From contig CAVSLC010000019.1 of the NCBI GenBank assembly GCA_963728565.1, forward strand, positions 96,001 to 160,000: DNA of 64,000 nucleotides, read 5' to 3'. Below the pieces are notes generated by a model. The model did not search any database and was not told the origin of the DNA. It saw nothing but the letters and a program-made list of their open reading frames with translations. The translations under genes were made by a program, and so were the position numbers. Shown here piece by piece: positions 31,671 through 43,441 of the stretch. How positions within the stretch are numbered: position 1 is the first letter of the stretch; the number at the start of each line of letters is the position of its first letter. The DNA is from an uncultured delta proteobacterium (GTDB taxonomy: Bacteria > Desulfobacterota > Binatia > UBA9968).

Positions 31671-33776
31671 ATGAAGCTTTGGCCGGGGAATAATTATCCT
31701 CTAGGCGCGTCGTATGACGGCGCCGGTACGAATTTTTCAGTTTTCTCCGAGGTAGCCGAACGAGTCGAGCTCTGTTTGTTCGATGAACAGGGAAATGAGA
31801 CACGTTGCGACCTTGCGGAGACAACCAGTCTTTGCTGGCACGGCTACCTGCCTAACATCGTTCCTGGTCAACGTTACGGCTTCCGCGTTCATGGACCCTG
31901 GGCTCCAGGAGACGGCATTCGCTGTAGTCCGGCGAAACTGTTGCTCGATCCCTATGCGCGGGCAGTCGAAGGCCAAGTGAATTGGAATGAAGCAGTGTTC
32001 TCGTACCGCTTCGATGATCCCGATGGCCCTCTCAACGAAGCTGACAGCGCTCCCTTCATGCCCAAATCCGTGGTGATCAATCCTTTTTTTGATTGGGGCA
32101 ACGATCGCCATCCCCGTACCCGGTGGAGCGAGACAATCATTTACGAAATGCACGTCAAAGGTTTTTCAAAAAAGCTCGAGGACATTCCGGAAGAATTGCG
32201 GGGAAGCTATGCCGCCCTCAGTCACCCCAAAGCGATCGATTATCTAACGCGTCTCGGCATTACCGCAGTGGAGCTCATGCCTGTCCATCAGTTTGTTCAC
32301 GATTCGCATCTTCTCGAGCGCAACCTGCGCAACTACTGGGGGTACAATTCCATCGGTTTCTTGGCGCCGCACAATGAATACTCCTCGAGCGGTCAAACCG
32401 GCCAGCAGGTTCAGGAGTTCAAACAGATGGTCAAGTCGCTTCATGAAGCCGGCATCGAGGTGATTCTCGATGTGGTTTACAACCATACCGCCGAGGGCAA
32501 TCATCTGGGGCCGACGATATCTTTTAAAGGACTCGACAACGCAGCCTATTACCGCTTGATGAATGACGATCGCCGTTTCTATATGGACTACACCGGAACC
32601 GGCAATACTCTAAACATGCGCCACCCTCACGTGCTGCAGCTGATCATGGATTCGCTGCGCTATTGGGTGCTCGAAATGCATGTCGACGGGTTTCGGTTCG
32701 ATCTGGCGTCCACATTGGCGCGGGGCCTCCACGATGTCGACCGGCTTTCGGCTTTCTTTGACATTATTCAACAGGATCCGGTTATCAGCCAAACCAAGCT
32801 TATCGCCGAACCGTGGGATGTTGGCGAAGGCGGTTACCAGGTGGGAAACTTTCCGCCCTTGTGGCTGGAATGGAACGGCAAGTACCGCGACTGCGTACGC
32901 GATTATTGGCGCGGCCAGGATCAGACGCTGGGTGAGTTCGCTTTCCGCTTCACCGGCAGCTCCGATCTTTACGAGGGGACGGGGCGGCGGCCGTATGCAA
33001 GCGTGAACTTCATTACCGCCCACGACGGCTTTACCCTCAACGATCTGGTCTCGTACAACGATAAGCATAACGAGGCCAATGGCGAAGAAAACCGTGACGG
33101 CGAAAGTCACAATCGTTCGTGGAACTGCGGCGCGGAGGGACCCACCGACGATCCGGCAGTCAATGCGCTGCGTAACCGTCAAAAGCGCAACTTTCTATCG
33201 ACCCTGTTCTTATCCCAAGGCATTCCCATGCTGCTCGGCGGCGACGAGATCGGCCGCACCCAAACGGGCAACAACAACGGCTATTGCCAGGACAACGAGA
33301 TCTCCTGGTTTGATTGGCAGTCCGCTGATCACGATTTGCTTGCATTCACGACTAAATTGATCGAACTGCGCAAACAGCATCCGGTCTTCCGTAGACGCCG
33401 CTGGTTTCAAGGCCGTCCGATTCACGGCGCCGCGGTTACCGACCTCGGCTGGTTTACGCCCGAAGGGGTGGAGATGGCCGAGGAACACTGGGGCGAGGGA
33501 TTTGCAAAAGCGGTCGGAGTTTTTCTCAATGGAGAAGCTATCGGTGATCCGGACCCGCGCGGCGAGCGGATAGTCGATGACAGCTATTACGTTCTCTTCA
33601 ATGCTCACCATGAGCCATTGCCCTTTGTTCTCCCGAAAGAAAACTGGGGCAAAGAATGGACGGTGGTTTTGGACACCGCCGTCACACCAGCGGAGGACGA
33701 ACAGGAGTCGCACAAGGCGGGCGAGGAAGTTGGTGTCGAGGCGCGATCGCTGAAGGTGCTGCGGCGTGTCACCTGA
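31671..33776 (+). CDS. glgX: Glycogen debranching enzyme
   Basis: YPLGA.YDG, NYWGYN, DVVYNHTAEG, DGFRFDLA, LIAEPWD, TAHDGFTL. Confidence 0.97.
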   Translation: MKLWPGNNYPLGASYDGAGTNFSVFSEVAERVELCLFDEQGNETRCDLAETTSLCWHGYLPNIVPGQRYGFRVHGPWAPGDGIRCSPAKLLLDPYARAVEGQVNWNEAVFSYRFDDPDGPLNEADSAPFMPKSVVINPFFDWGNDRHPRTRWSETIIYEMHVKGFSKKLEDIPEELRGSYAALSHPKAIDYLTRLGITAVELMPVHQFVHDSHLLERNLRNYWGYNSIGFLAPHNEYSSSGQTGQQVQEFKQMVKSLHEAGIEVILDVVYNHTAEGNHLGPTISFKGLDNAAYYRLMNDDRRFYMDYTGTGNTLNMRHPHVLQLIMDSLRYWVLEMHVDGFRFDLASTLARGLHDVDRLSAFFDIIQQDPVISQTKLIAEPWDVGEGGYQVGNFPPLWLEWNGKYRDCVRDYWRGQDQTLGEFAFRFTGSSDLYEGTGRRPYASVNFITAHDGFTLNDLVSYNDKHNEANGEENRDGESHNRSWNCGAEGPTDDPAVNALRNRQKRNFLSTLFLSQGIPMLLGGDEIGRTQTGNNNGYCQDNEISWFDWQSADHDLLAFTTKLIELRKQHPVFRRRRWFQGRPIHGAAVTDLGWFTPEGVEMAEEHWGEGFAKAVGVFLNGEAIGDPDPRGERIVDDSYYVLFNAHHEPLPFVLPKENWGKEWTVVLDTAVTPAEDEQESHKAGEEVGVEARSLKVLRRVT

Positions 33777-36420
33777 TCTCCGGGCTACGTACCGCATTCA
33801 GTTGCATCCGGGCTTCGGCTTCACCGATGCCGCCGCGATCGCCGATTACCTGGCTGAACTTGGCATCAGCCATCTTTATTGCTCACCTTACCTGCAAGCA
33901 GCTCCCGGCAGCACGCACGGTTATGACGTGGTTAACCCGCAGCAAGTTAACCGGGAACTCGGCGGTGTCAGCGGCCATGCGCGCTTATGCGCCGCGCTCG
34001 AAGAAAATGGGCTCAAGCAGGTGCTTGATATCGTGCCCAACCACATGGCCATCGGCGGCAGAGAAAATCCCTGGTGGTGGGATGTTCTCGAGAACGGGCC
34101 TTCGAGCCGCTATGCGGCATTTTTTGACGTCGACTGGGATCCGCCCGAAGTCAAGCTGCGTAACACGGTTCTTCTGCCGGTGCTGGGTGATCATTACGGA
34201 CGAGTGCTCGAAAAAGGCGAATTCGCGCTGCAAAGAGAAGGCGGGCAGTTTATTGTCCGTTATCATGATCATGTGTTCCCGGTTTCGCCGCGCTCTCTGG
34301 ATGAGCTAGTCGCCAATGCCGCGCGCCGGTGTGATTCGGACGATTTAGCATTTATCGCGGAGGCATTGCGTCAGCTGCCGCCGTCGACGGCGACCGACTG
34401 GGCCGCGGTGCAGAGGCGGCACCGCAACAAAGAGGTCCTGCGCGGCCAATTGGTGCGGCTCTGTGAAGAGCAGCCGCAAGTCGCCCGGGCTCTGGAACAG
34501 ATCGTCGCTGAGGTGAATTCCGATCCCGATCAGCTGGATGCGCTATTAGAGCGCCAGAACTATCGCCTGGCATTCTGGCGCACGGCAGGACGCGAATTCG
34601 GGTACCGTCGTTTCTTCGACATCAATACACTGGCGGGTTTGCAGGCGGAGCACGAGCAGGTGTTCGAGCAAACCCATGCGCTTATCCTCGATTGGCTTAA
34701 TCGCGGGATGCTGGACGGCGTCCGCGTCGATCACCCGGACGGGCTGCGCGATCCTGAACAGTACTTTGATCGCCTGCATACGGCGTGCCCGCGGGCGTGG
34801 ATCGTAGCGGAAAAAATTCTCGAGCCTGGCGAAAGCCTTCCCGAATCATGGCCGATAGCCGGAACCACAGGCTACGACTTTATCTATCGCCTGAACAATC
34901 TTTTTGTCGATCCCGCTGCAGAGGCGGCGCTAACCGAGTTTTACCGCGAGTTCACCGGCGAGCCCACGGACTTTGCTGCGCTTGTGCATGACAAAAAACA
35001 TTTCGTCTTGCGCGAGGTTCTGGCCAGCGATCTCAACCGTCTGACCGCCTTATTGGTCGATATATGCGAACGCCATCGCCGGCATCGGGACTACACGCGC
35101 CATGAGCTGCACGAGGCGCTCCGCGAATTGATCGCGTGCTTCCCGATTTATCGAACTTACGTGCGCGCTGAAGCGGGAGTTATAAGCGATGAGGATGCGC
35201 GAATCATCAACCGCACCATCGATGATGCCAAGGCGCGCCGCTCCGACCTGGATGGTGAGTTGTTCGACTTCTTTCGCGGCATTCTTCTCATGCGCCACCG
35301 CGGCCAGCTCGAGACCGAGTGGGTGATGCGTTTGCAGCAACTGACCGGGCCGGTGATGGCCAAAGGTCTCGAAGACACCGCTTTTTATTGTTTTAACCGC
35401 CTAGTTTCATTAAACGAAGTGGGCGGCGATCCGGGACACTTCGGCCTCTCCCCGGATGAATTCCACACGGCCTGCACCGCGGCCCAGGGACGCTGGCCGC
35501 GCACAATGCTGGCCTCTTCGACACATGACACCAAGCGCAGCGAGGATGTGCGCGCGCGCATCAATTTGCTTTCGGAGATTCCACAGCATTGGATGGAGGC
35601 GGTGAGAGGATGGGCCGAGCTCAACGGCGGCTATCGCCGCGAGAGTTTTCCCGATCGCAATACCGAGTACCTGCTCTATCAGACCCTGGTCGGCGCCTGG
35701 CCTATCGAGATCGAACGCGTACTTGCCTACATGGAAAAGGCTTCCCGCGAGGCCAAGGCCCAAACCTCCTGGACCGATCCGAATCCGATCTACGACGACG
35801 CTTTGCGAGCTTTCGTCGAAGGCATCATGAATAATTCCGAGTTCACAGAAAGTCTGGAACGTTTCGTTAGACCGCTGATCGAGCCCGGCCGGATCAATTC
35901 ACTGGCGCAGACACTGATCAAACTCACCGCCCCCGGTATTCCCGATTTTTACCAAGGCACTGAACTATGGGATCTAAGTCTGGTCGATCCCGACAACCGA
36001 CGCCCGGTCGACTATCAAGTAAGGCGCCGGTTGCTTGCCGAGATAAAAAGCATGTCACCCGAGCAGATATGGGCAGGGGCGGAGGCGGGTCTGCCCAAAT
36101 TGTGGTTGATCCGGCAAACTCTCAAAGCACGGCACGAGCGGAATCTATTTCAGCCGCAGGATAGTTACCGCGCGTTGACGCCCGCCGGAGCAAAGAGCGT
36201 GCACGTCGTTGCGTTCGCGCGCAACCAGCGCGCAATCACCGTCGTGCCGCGCTTCCCTTTAAAGCTCGCCGGAGACTGGGGCGACAGCGCCATCGAAATC
36301 CCCAGCGGACGTTGGCGCAATCACCTCACCGGCGAAACGTCGGCTGGCGGCGTCGCTCCAGTGGCTAAGCTGTTAAAGCGTTTTCCGGTAGCGCTTCTGT
36401 TACGAGAGGAAGAAATTTGA
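33766..36420 (+). CDS. treY: Malto-oligosyltrehalose synthase
   Basis: ATYRIQL, GSTHGYDV, DIVPNHM, YRRFFDIN, RVDHPDGL, STHDTKRSED, SLVDPDNRRPVD. Confidence 0.97.
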   Translation: MSPDLRATYRIQLHPGFGFTDAAAIADYLAELGISHLYCSPYLQAAPGSTHGYDVVNPQQVNRELGGVSGHARLCAALEENGLKQVLDIVPNHMAIGGRENPWWWDVLENGPSSRYAAFFDVDWDPPEVKLRNTVLLPVLGDHYGRVLEKGEFALQREGGQFIVRYHDHVFPVSPRSLDELVANAARRCDSDDLAFIAEALRQLPPSTATDWAAVQRRHRNKEVLRGQLVRLCEEQPQVARALEQIVAEVNSDPDQLDALLERQNYRLAFWRTAGREFGYRRFFDINTLAGLQAEHEQVFEQTHALILDWLNRGMLDGVRVDHPDGLRDPEQYFDRLHTACPRAWIVAEKILEPGESLPESWPIAGTTGYDFIYRLNNLFVDPAAEAALTEFYREFTGEPTDFAALVHDKKHFVLREVLASDLNRLTALLVDICERHRRHRDYTRHELHEALRELIACFPIYRTYVRAEAGVISDEDARIINRTIDDAKARRSDLDGELFDFFRGILLMRHRGQLETEWVMRLQQLTGPVMAKGLEDTAFYCFNRLVSLNEVGGDPGHFGLSPDEFHTACTAAQGRWPRTMLASSTHDTKRSEDVRARINLLSEIPQHWMEAVRGWAELNGGYRRESFPDRNTEYLLYQTLVGAWPIEIERVLAYMEKASREAKAQTSWTDPNPIYDDALRAFVEGIMNNSEFTESLERFVRPLIEPGRINSLAQTLIKLTAPGIPDFYQGTELWDLSLVDPDNRRPVDYQVRRRLLAEIKSMSPEQIWAGAEAGLPKLWLIRQTLKARHERNLFQPQDSYRALTPAGAKSVHVVAFARNQRAITVVPRFPLKLAGDWGDSAIEIPSGRWRNHLTGETSAGGVAPVAKLLKRFPVALLLREEEI

Positions 36421-38183
36421 TGATTCCGCTCCGAGTTTGGGCGCCTCATGCGCGACGGGTTGAACTTGATGTTGGCGGCGATCGGCGCCCTATGACTGCC
36501 GCTGATTACGGATGGTGGCACGCCGAGCTCGCAATAGGCGCAAATAGCGTCGACTATGCGTTCGTGCTCGATGGTGGCGAGCCGCTGCCAGACCCACGCT
36601 CGCCCTGGCAACCCCGGGGGATCCACGGCGCCTCCCGCATGGTCGATCACCGAGCATTTTCATGGAGCGATCAGCGCTGGCAGGCCGGGCCACTTGCTGC
36701 GGCCATTATCTATGAGCTCCATGTCGGTACTTTCACGGCGCAAGGAACTTTCGCCGCGGTGATCGATAAGCTCGACTATTTAGTCGAGCTCGGCATCACC
36801 CATGTCGAGTTGATGCCGGTGGCCGAGTTCTCCGGTAGCCGTGGTTGGGGCTATGACGGCGCCGACCTGTACGCGCCGCACCATGCTTACGGCGAGCCGG
36901 ATGAGCTGAAGCGTCTGGTAGATGCCTGTCACGGGCGCGGCTTGGCAGTGATCCTCGATGTGGTTTACAACCACTTGGGACCGGCGGGGAATTATCTGGC
37001 GCGCTTTGCCCCGTATTTCACCGAGCGTTATGCCACGCCCTGGGGGCAGGCGATAAATTTCGACGGACCTGACAGCGATGAAGTTCGGCGTTTTGTATGC
37101 GATAACGCTTTGATGTGGCTGCGCGATTATCATTTTGATGGGCTGCGACTCGATGCGGTGCACGCGCTGATCGACACCTCTGCTACCCATCTGCTTGAAC
37201 AGCTGGCCTGCGAAGTGACCGAATTGGAGGCCCAAAGCGGCCGGCATTTGATCCTGATCGCCGAGAGCGATCTCAACGATCCCAGAATTGTCCGCTCCCA
37301 GGAGATCGGCGGTTACGGCATCCACGCCCAGTGGAGCGATGATTTCCATCATGCGTTGCATACTGTGCTCACCGGCGAGCGCGATGGCTACTATGCCGAT
37401 TTCGGCTCGCTGGCTGATTTGGCCAAGGCAATCGAGCGGGTATTCGTCCACGACGGCAGTTATTCGGCATTTCGCAGGCGCGGACATGGAAGACCTCCCA
37501 CGGGAATTCTCGGCCATTCTTTTCTCGGCTACTCGCAGAATCACGATCAGGTTGGTAATCGCGCCAAAGGAGAACGGAGCAGTCATCTCTTGAGCCTCGG
37601 GAGGCTCAAGATCGCCGCTGCCTTGGTGCTGAGCGCGCCTTTCATCCCGATGTTGTTCCAAGGTGAAGAATGGGCGGCGAGCTCGCCGTTCTTATATTTC
37701 ACCAATCACGAAGATGCCGAACTCGGTCGCTTAGTAACCGAGGGCCGCCGCCGGGAATTTGCCGCCTTCAGCGCGCACTCGGACGATGTACCTGATCCGC
37801 AAGCGCTCGAGACCTTCGAACGTTCCAAGCTCGTGTGGAACGAATGCGGCCGCGCGCCGAATGCTGAGATGCTCGATTGGCACCGCCAACTGATCCGGCT
37901 GCGCCATGAATACGCCGCGCTCTCCGATGGTCGTCTGAACCGTGTCAGTGTGACCTTTGACGAGCAAGCGAAATGGCTGGTCATGGCCCGTGGTCCGATC
38001 GCGGTAGCTTGTAATTTAAGCGAGCGCCGGCAGCAAACGCCGTTAAGCACCGGCAAAAATGCGCACATCCTCCTTGCTTCGGAGAAAGAGATTCAACTCG
38101 TCGGCGAGGGCGTCGAACTGCCGCCGGACTCAGTGGCCATCGTTGAGGCGATCGGCAATCGCGGTTCTGCGATGAGGCAATGA
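36417..38183 (+). CDS. treZ: Malto-oligosyltrehalose trehalohydrolase
   Basis: RVWAP, YELHVGTF, WGYDG, DGLRLDAVH, QWSDDFHH, QNHDQVGNR. Confidence 0.97.
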   Translation: MMIPLRVWAPHARRVELDVGGDRRPMTAADYGWWHAELAIGANSVDYAFVLDGGEPLPDPRSPWQPRGIHGASRMVDHRAFSWSDQRWQAGPLAAAIIYELHVGTFTAQGTFAAVIDKLDYLVELGITHVELMPVAEFSGSRGWGYDGADLYAPHHAYGEPDELKRLVDACHGRGLAVILDVVYNHLGPAGNYLARFAPYFTERYATPWGQAINFDGPDSDEVRRFVCDNALMWLRDYHFDGLRLDAVHALIDTSATHLLEQLACEVTELEAQSGRHLILIAESDLNDPRIVRSQEIGGYGIHAQWSDDFHHALHTVLTGERDGYYADFGSLADLAKAIERVFVHDGSYSAFRRRGHGRPPTGILGHSFLGYSQNHDQVGNRAKGERSSHLLSLGRLKIAAALVLSAPFIPMLFQGEEWAASSPFLYFTNHEDAELGRLVTEGRRREFAAFSAHSDDVPDPQALETFERSKLVWNECGRAPNAEMLDWHRQLIRLRHEYAALSDGRLNRVSVTFDEQAKWLVMARGPIAVACNLSERRQQTPLSTGKNAHILLASEKEIQLVGEGVELPPDSVAIVEAIGNRGSAMRQ

Positions 38184-40572
38184 CCATGGCTGAGCGCGGA
38201 CAACTCAGCAGCTATCGTCAAGCGATACCAGGATGCTTTCGGCAACTGGCGTGAAGCCAGTGAAGAGACCTGCGCGGCGATCCTCGCAGCGATGGGGCAA
38301 ACGCCGGAAGAAGAGGACGCGCCGGTCTGGGTTTTTCGGCGCGGCGATCCAAGACATCTGTCCGGGCCGGCGGAAATCACCCTGGAGGACAGCACAGCTC
38401 TGCAAGTGGAAAGTGAGCTGCCGGAGGATCTGCCGCTCGGCTATCACACCTTGCGCTATCTGGATCGTGAGCGCGAAACTAGATTAATCGTCAGCCCGGG
38501 AGTCTGTTATCTGCCCGAGCATCTGCGGATTTGGGGTTGGTCGGCGCAGCTCTATGCGCTTCGATCCGCTGGGAGCTGGGGAATCGGGGATTTTGCCGAT
38601 CTGCGTGAATTGGGCCGCTGGTCGGCACGGGAGCTAGATGCCGGATTGCTTTTAATCAATCCGCTGGGCGCAGCATCGCCCTATGCGCAGCAGGAGCGGA
38701 GTCCTTATTTTCCCAGTAGCCGCCGTTTTCGCAACCCATTGTACCTGCGAATCGAGGAGATCCCGGGCGCCGCTGAGCTTCAGCTTGATCTGGAACGAAT
38801 CGCGGCCGCCGGCAAAGCTCTTAATCGCCAGCAACGCATCGATCGTGATTTGGGGCGAAGCGGAGAAGGGGACGCGCCGGTTGGGTTGTTCGGCGCGGCG
38901 AGCGAAGGCGTCTGACCGGGCCGGCGGAAATAACGCTGGAGGACAGCACAGCTCGCTGCAAGTGGAAAGTGAACTGCCGGAGGATCTGCCGCTCGGCTAT
39001 CACACCCTGCGCTATCTGGATCGTGAGCGCGAAACTAGATTAATCGTCAGTCCGGGAGTCTGTTATCTGCCCGAACATCTGCGCATTTGGGGTTGGTCGG
39101 CGCAGCTCTATGCGCTGCGATCCGCTGGGAGCTGGGGAATCGGCGATTTTGCCGATCTGCGTGCGTTGGGCCGCTGGTCGGCACGGGAGCACGATGCCGG
39201 GTTGCTTTTAATCAATCCGCTGGGCGCAGCATCCCCCTATGCGCAGCAGGAGCGGAGCCCGTATTATCCCAGTAGCCGCCGTTTCCGAAACCCCTTGTAC
39301 CTGCGAATCGAGGAGATCCCGGGGTCCGCCGAGCTTCAGCTCGATCTGGAACGAATCGCGGCCGCCGGCAAAGCTCTTAATCGGCAGCAAAGCATTGATC
39401 GTGATTTGGTATTCAAGCTCAAAAAAGATGCGCTAGACATACTCTGGCAGCATTTTTCAGGCGATTCCCGGTTCGAAAAGTTCTGCCGCGACCAAGGAGA
39501 ACCGCTACAACAATTTGCCGCCTTTTGCGCGCTCGCTGAGCACTATCAAGCGGGCTGGCGCCAGTGGCCCGGCGAGTATCGCACACCGGATTCACCTGCG
39601 GTGAGCCGTTTTGCCGGCGAGCGGTCGGACCGCGTGCGCTATTTTCAGTGGCTGCAGTGGCTGCTCGATGAGCAATTGGCAAAAGCCGCCGTCGAAATTT
39701 CCTTGATGCAAGATCTGCCCATCGGAGTTGATGCCAACGGCGCCGATGCCTGGGCGTGGCAGGAGGTGTTTGCCGAGGGATTCAGCATCGGCAGCCCCCC
39801 GGACGAATACAATATGCAAGGTCAAGATTGGGGGTTGCCGCCGTTTATTCCATCAAAGCTGCGCGCCGCCGGTTATGATCCGTTCATCCAGACGCTAAGG
39901 GGAGCGTTGCGACATGCCGGCGGCCTTCGAATTGATCATGTCATGGGATTGTTCCGTTTGTTCTGGATTGCGCAAGGCGGAGGTCCCACTACCGGGGCTT
40001 ACGTTCGTTATCCTGAGCACGAGTTACTAGCCATACTGGCTTTGGAAAGCGAACGGTCGAAAGCGTATATCGTCGGCGAAGATCTCGGCACGGTGGAAGA
40101 GGGTGTTCGTAAGCAGCTCGCCGAAAGCCGCATCTTGTCTTATCGGCTACTCTGGTTCGAGAGCGAGCCGCCGGCGCGATATCCTGAACTGGCGCTTGCG
40201 GCGGTGACCACCCACGATTTGCCGACGGTTGCCGGTTTGTGGAGCGGCGCTGATCTCAAGGCGCAGCGTGAACTGGGGCTGGAGCCCAACGAAGAAGGGA
40301 CTTTGAAAATCGCCGAACGGCTGAGCGCGATGACGGGGATTACCGACGAGACTCCGGTCGAAGAAGTGATCACCCGGACCTACGAGCTTCTCGCGCAAGC
40401 GCCTTCGGCGATCGTCACGGCGACATTGGAAGATGCTTTGGCCGTGGAAGAGCGACCCAACATCCCGGGCACCACAGAGACATCGTGGTCGCTAGCATTG
40501 CCTGAATCCCTGGAAGCCCTCGAGGCCAGTCCCCTCGCGCGCGCCATCGGTGAACGACTGCGCAATCGCTGA
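38180..40572 (+). CDS. malQ: 4-alpha-glucanotransferase (amylomaltase), interrupted by an internal ~557-bp duplication and frameshifts
   Basis: N-terminal YQDAFGNWR; QLYALRS..SWGIGDFADL, SPYYPSSR, DLPIG, GQDWGLPP, RIDHVMGL, GEDLG, TTHDLPT. Confidence 0.92.
38293..39409 (+). repeat. Tandem direct duplication (~557-bp unit) within malQ
   Basis: 38293-38850 is repeated at 38851-39409; e.g. CTGCAAGTGGAAAGTGA..CGCTATCTGGATCGTGAGCGCGAAACTAGATTAATCGTCAG occurs twice. Confidence 0.95.
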
Positions 40573-40861
40573 GGTCACGATAGAGCCAATCGACGGTACG
40601 ATCAATCAACGCTGTGCGCCGAACAACCTTCGTGTTCCGGAACGTATCGTACTTCCGCTGCCCGTTGCACTTTGCGCTCCTTCATCCTAGCCTACCTGCC
40701 GTAGGGCGAATCCATAAATTCATACGACGGATTGAGCGCCGCACAAAGTTGATCGTGGGTAGACCGCAGAATTTACCGATGGCCGACGGCGAGAATTCGC
40801 CTCGACTTTCGAGATGGCGGAGAGTTGCGCATCCATCGGCCTTTGACATAGTCTCCACTCT

Positions 40862-43259
40862 ATGACCGATCACACAGAACGTTCGCACAGGGTGCGCGGC
40901 TACTGTGCGCTTTGCACGGCTCACTGCGCAACTATCGCAACAGTCGAAGACGGTAAGGTAACTCGCCTCGATGCGGACCATGATCATCCCAACGGGGGCG
41001 TGCTGTGCATCAAAGGCAAAGCGGCGCCTGAGTTGGTTTATCATCCCGATCGACTGAATTATCCGCTCAAGCGCACACGCCCGAAAGGCGATGCCGATCC
41101 CGGCTGGCAACGGGTCAGCTGGGATCAGGCCCTGGACGAAATCGCCGAGCGGCTGATTTCTATTCGCGAGCGCTTCGGTGCGCGCGCAGTCGCCTTGGCC
41201 AAAGGCACACGCGGCGGCACATCCGTTTCCGATGCCGAGCGCTGGCTGGCGCGCTTTCTCAACAGCTTTGGAAGCCCCAACTGGGTTTCCACTACGCATG
41301 TTTGTAACTGGCACAAGGATACCGGTTTTAGCTACACGTTCGGCGTGGAAATTCCCACGCCCGACGTAGCTCAAAGCAACGCCTTTCTTCTCTGGGGTCA
41401 CAACCCGAGCTCGACGTCTTTGATTCTAGCTCATGACATCGTTGCGGCGAAAAAACGCGGCATGAAAATCGTCGCCGTCGATCCACGGCGCATAGGAACT
41501 GCGGCGCAAGCGGACGTTCTGCTGCAAGTTAGGCCCGGCGCGGATGGCGCATTGGCGTTGGCTCTGATCGATGTTGTCATCGAAGAAAAACTCTACGACC
41601 GCAAGTTCGTGAGTCAATGGACTAACGGGCCGCTTCTCGTGCGAACCGATACCGGGACGGCTTTGACGGAAGCCGATCTCATGATCGATGGATCACCGCA
41701 ACGATTTATCGTATGGGACGAAAGCGCCGATGCTCCTGTTATGTATGATGCAAGCTCCGGTAGTTTCGAAAAGTCGTCGGTCCGGCCTGCACTGATGGGT
41801 GAGCGCAGTATCAAAACGAAAACCGGCCAAGAAATTCTCTGCCAGCCGGTGTTCGCCTCGCTTGCGGTCGCTTGCAGCGACTCATAATGCTGCGCGCTCC
41901 CAAGCTATCACTTGGGTGTCCCGTGAGAAAGTCAGGCAGGCGGCGCATCTGCTGGCGGCGAATCGACCGGTCAGCTTGTATATGCACAATGGCGTGGGGC
42001 AGCACACCAATGCGACACAGACCAGTCGGGCGATTGCAACGCTGTACGCGCTTTTAGGGGATTTTGACCGGCCCGGCGGCAACGTAGTTTTCCCTAAGGC
42101 GCCGGTCAACGCTGTCTCGGGTAAAGAATTTCTGCCACAGGAAGTCGCACTCCAGAGAATTGGGCGCGAGCGCAAACCGCTTGGACCACCGGCGAAACCC
42201 GGCAATTGCGCCGCGTACGACATTTTTACCGCCATCCTCGAAGGCATTCCGTATCCGGTCAAGGCAGTTTTGAATTTCGGCTCCAATACCATTATGTCTA
42301 CCGGCGATTCCCAGCGGGCGCGTGAGGCATTTCGCGCTCTCGACTTTGCTGTGGCCACCGAGCTATTCATGACGCCTACAGCGGAACTCTGCGATTATGT
42401 CTTGCCGGCCACAAGCTTTCTTGAGATGGGCAATTTAGCCGCCGGATTTGAGCACCGGCCAAAAGGAAAACTTCATTTACAATATCGCCCGGCAGTGGTT
42501 CCCCCTCTGGCTGAGCGACGTTCGGATACCTGGATGATCTTCGAATTAGCTAAACGCGTGGGTCGCGGCCGTGAGTTCTGGGAAGGCGATATAGAAGCTG
42601 GCTACGAGCACGAGTTGCAGCCGACCGGCGTAACCCTTGCGCAACTCGAAAGGTCTGCCGGAGGAATCAGCGTTGCCGCGACGCCGCGTTATCGAAAATT
42701 CGCCGCAAACAATGAGCACGGCATTGCTCGCGGGTTTAACACGCCGGATAAGAAAGTGGAGATCTACTCGCATACGTTTGCCGCTCATGGCTTTTCGCCT
42801 CTGCCCGAGTATGTGGAACCTTTGATCGGCCCAGTCAGCCGGCGCGATCTGGCCGACGAATACCCGCTGGTGCTGACCAACGCAAAATTTACAACTTACA
42901 TCCATAGCCAGCTGCGCGGTCTCTCCAGTCTGCGTAAGTCATCGCCGGAGCCAACCGCGGATATTCATCCCGATACAGCAGCGCCTTACGGAATCAAGAA
43001 TCGTGACTGGATGATCATCGAAAGCCCTCGTGGCGCGATCACCGCACGGGCGCGTGTCACGGACGCTATAGCGCCGGGTGTCGTCTGTTGCCAGCATGGG
43101 TGGTGGCAGGACTGTAAGCAACTCGACCTTCCCGGCTACGCCTCGGTCGGGATTGGTTCGGCAAACCCGAGCCTGCTAATTGGCTCTGATGTCGCCGATC
43201 CGATCAGCGGCTCGCTGCCGCATCGATCTTATCTCTGTCGTGTGCGACCGGCAGAGTAA
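40862..43259 (+). CDS. Cytoplasmic molybdopterin (bis-MGD) oxidoreductase catalytic subunit (frameshift ~41870)
   Basis: CALCTAHC..LCIKG 4Fe-4S motif, RLNYPLKR, WGHNP, VDPR, ELFMTPTA..DYVLPA, HSQLR, HGWW; no Tat signal. Confidence 0.9.
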
Positions 43260-43407
43260 CACTTGCCAGCTGGCCGTCCGGTTGGCAAAGAGCGACGAAA
43301 AACTTAGAGTTCGTTCATCGTATCTTAAGAGAGGTCTAAATTACGTTTTTCGTAAAAGAGTCAGTGAAAGCGCATCCGACGAAGAGAGCTTAGCGAAATA
43401 AACTTCG

Positions 43408-43436
43408 TTGACATCTGCCGCAGTCCGGGAGAGTAT
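43408..43436 (+). promoter_or_regulatory. Putative sigma70 promoter giving a leaderless transcript of the 43442 ORF
   Basis: TTGACA-17 nt-GAGTAT, with ATG 5 nt later. Confidence 0.5.
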
Positions 43437-43441
43437 CGTCT

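Noticed and set aside
31671-40572. glgX-treY-treZ-malQ cluster as a novel system
   Set aside because: It is a well-known glycogen-to-trehalose pathway.
40573-40861. Moco/Wco riboswitch upstream of the molybdoenzyme
   Set aside because: Only small generic hairpins (e.g. GGCGAGAATTCGCC) are present; I could not recognise the Moco RNA consensus.
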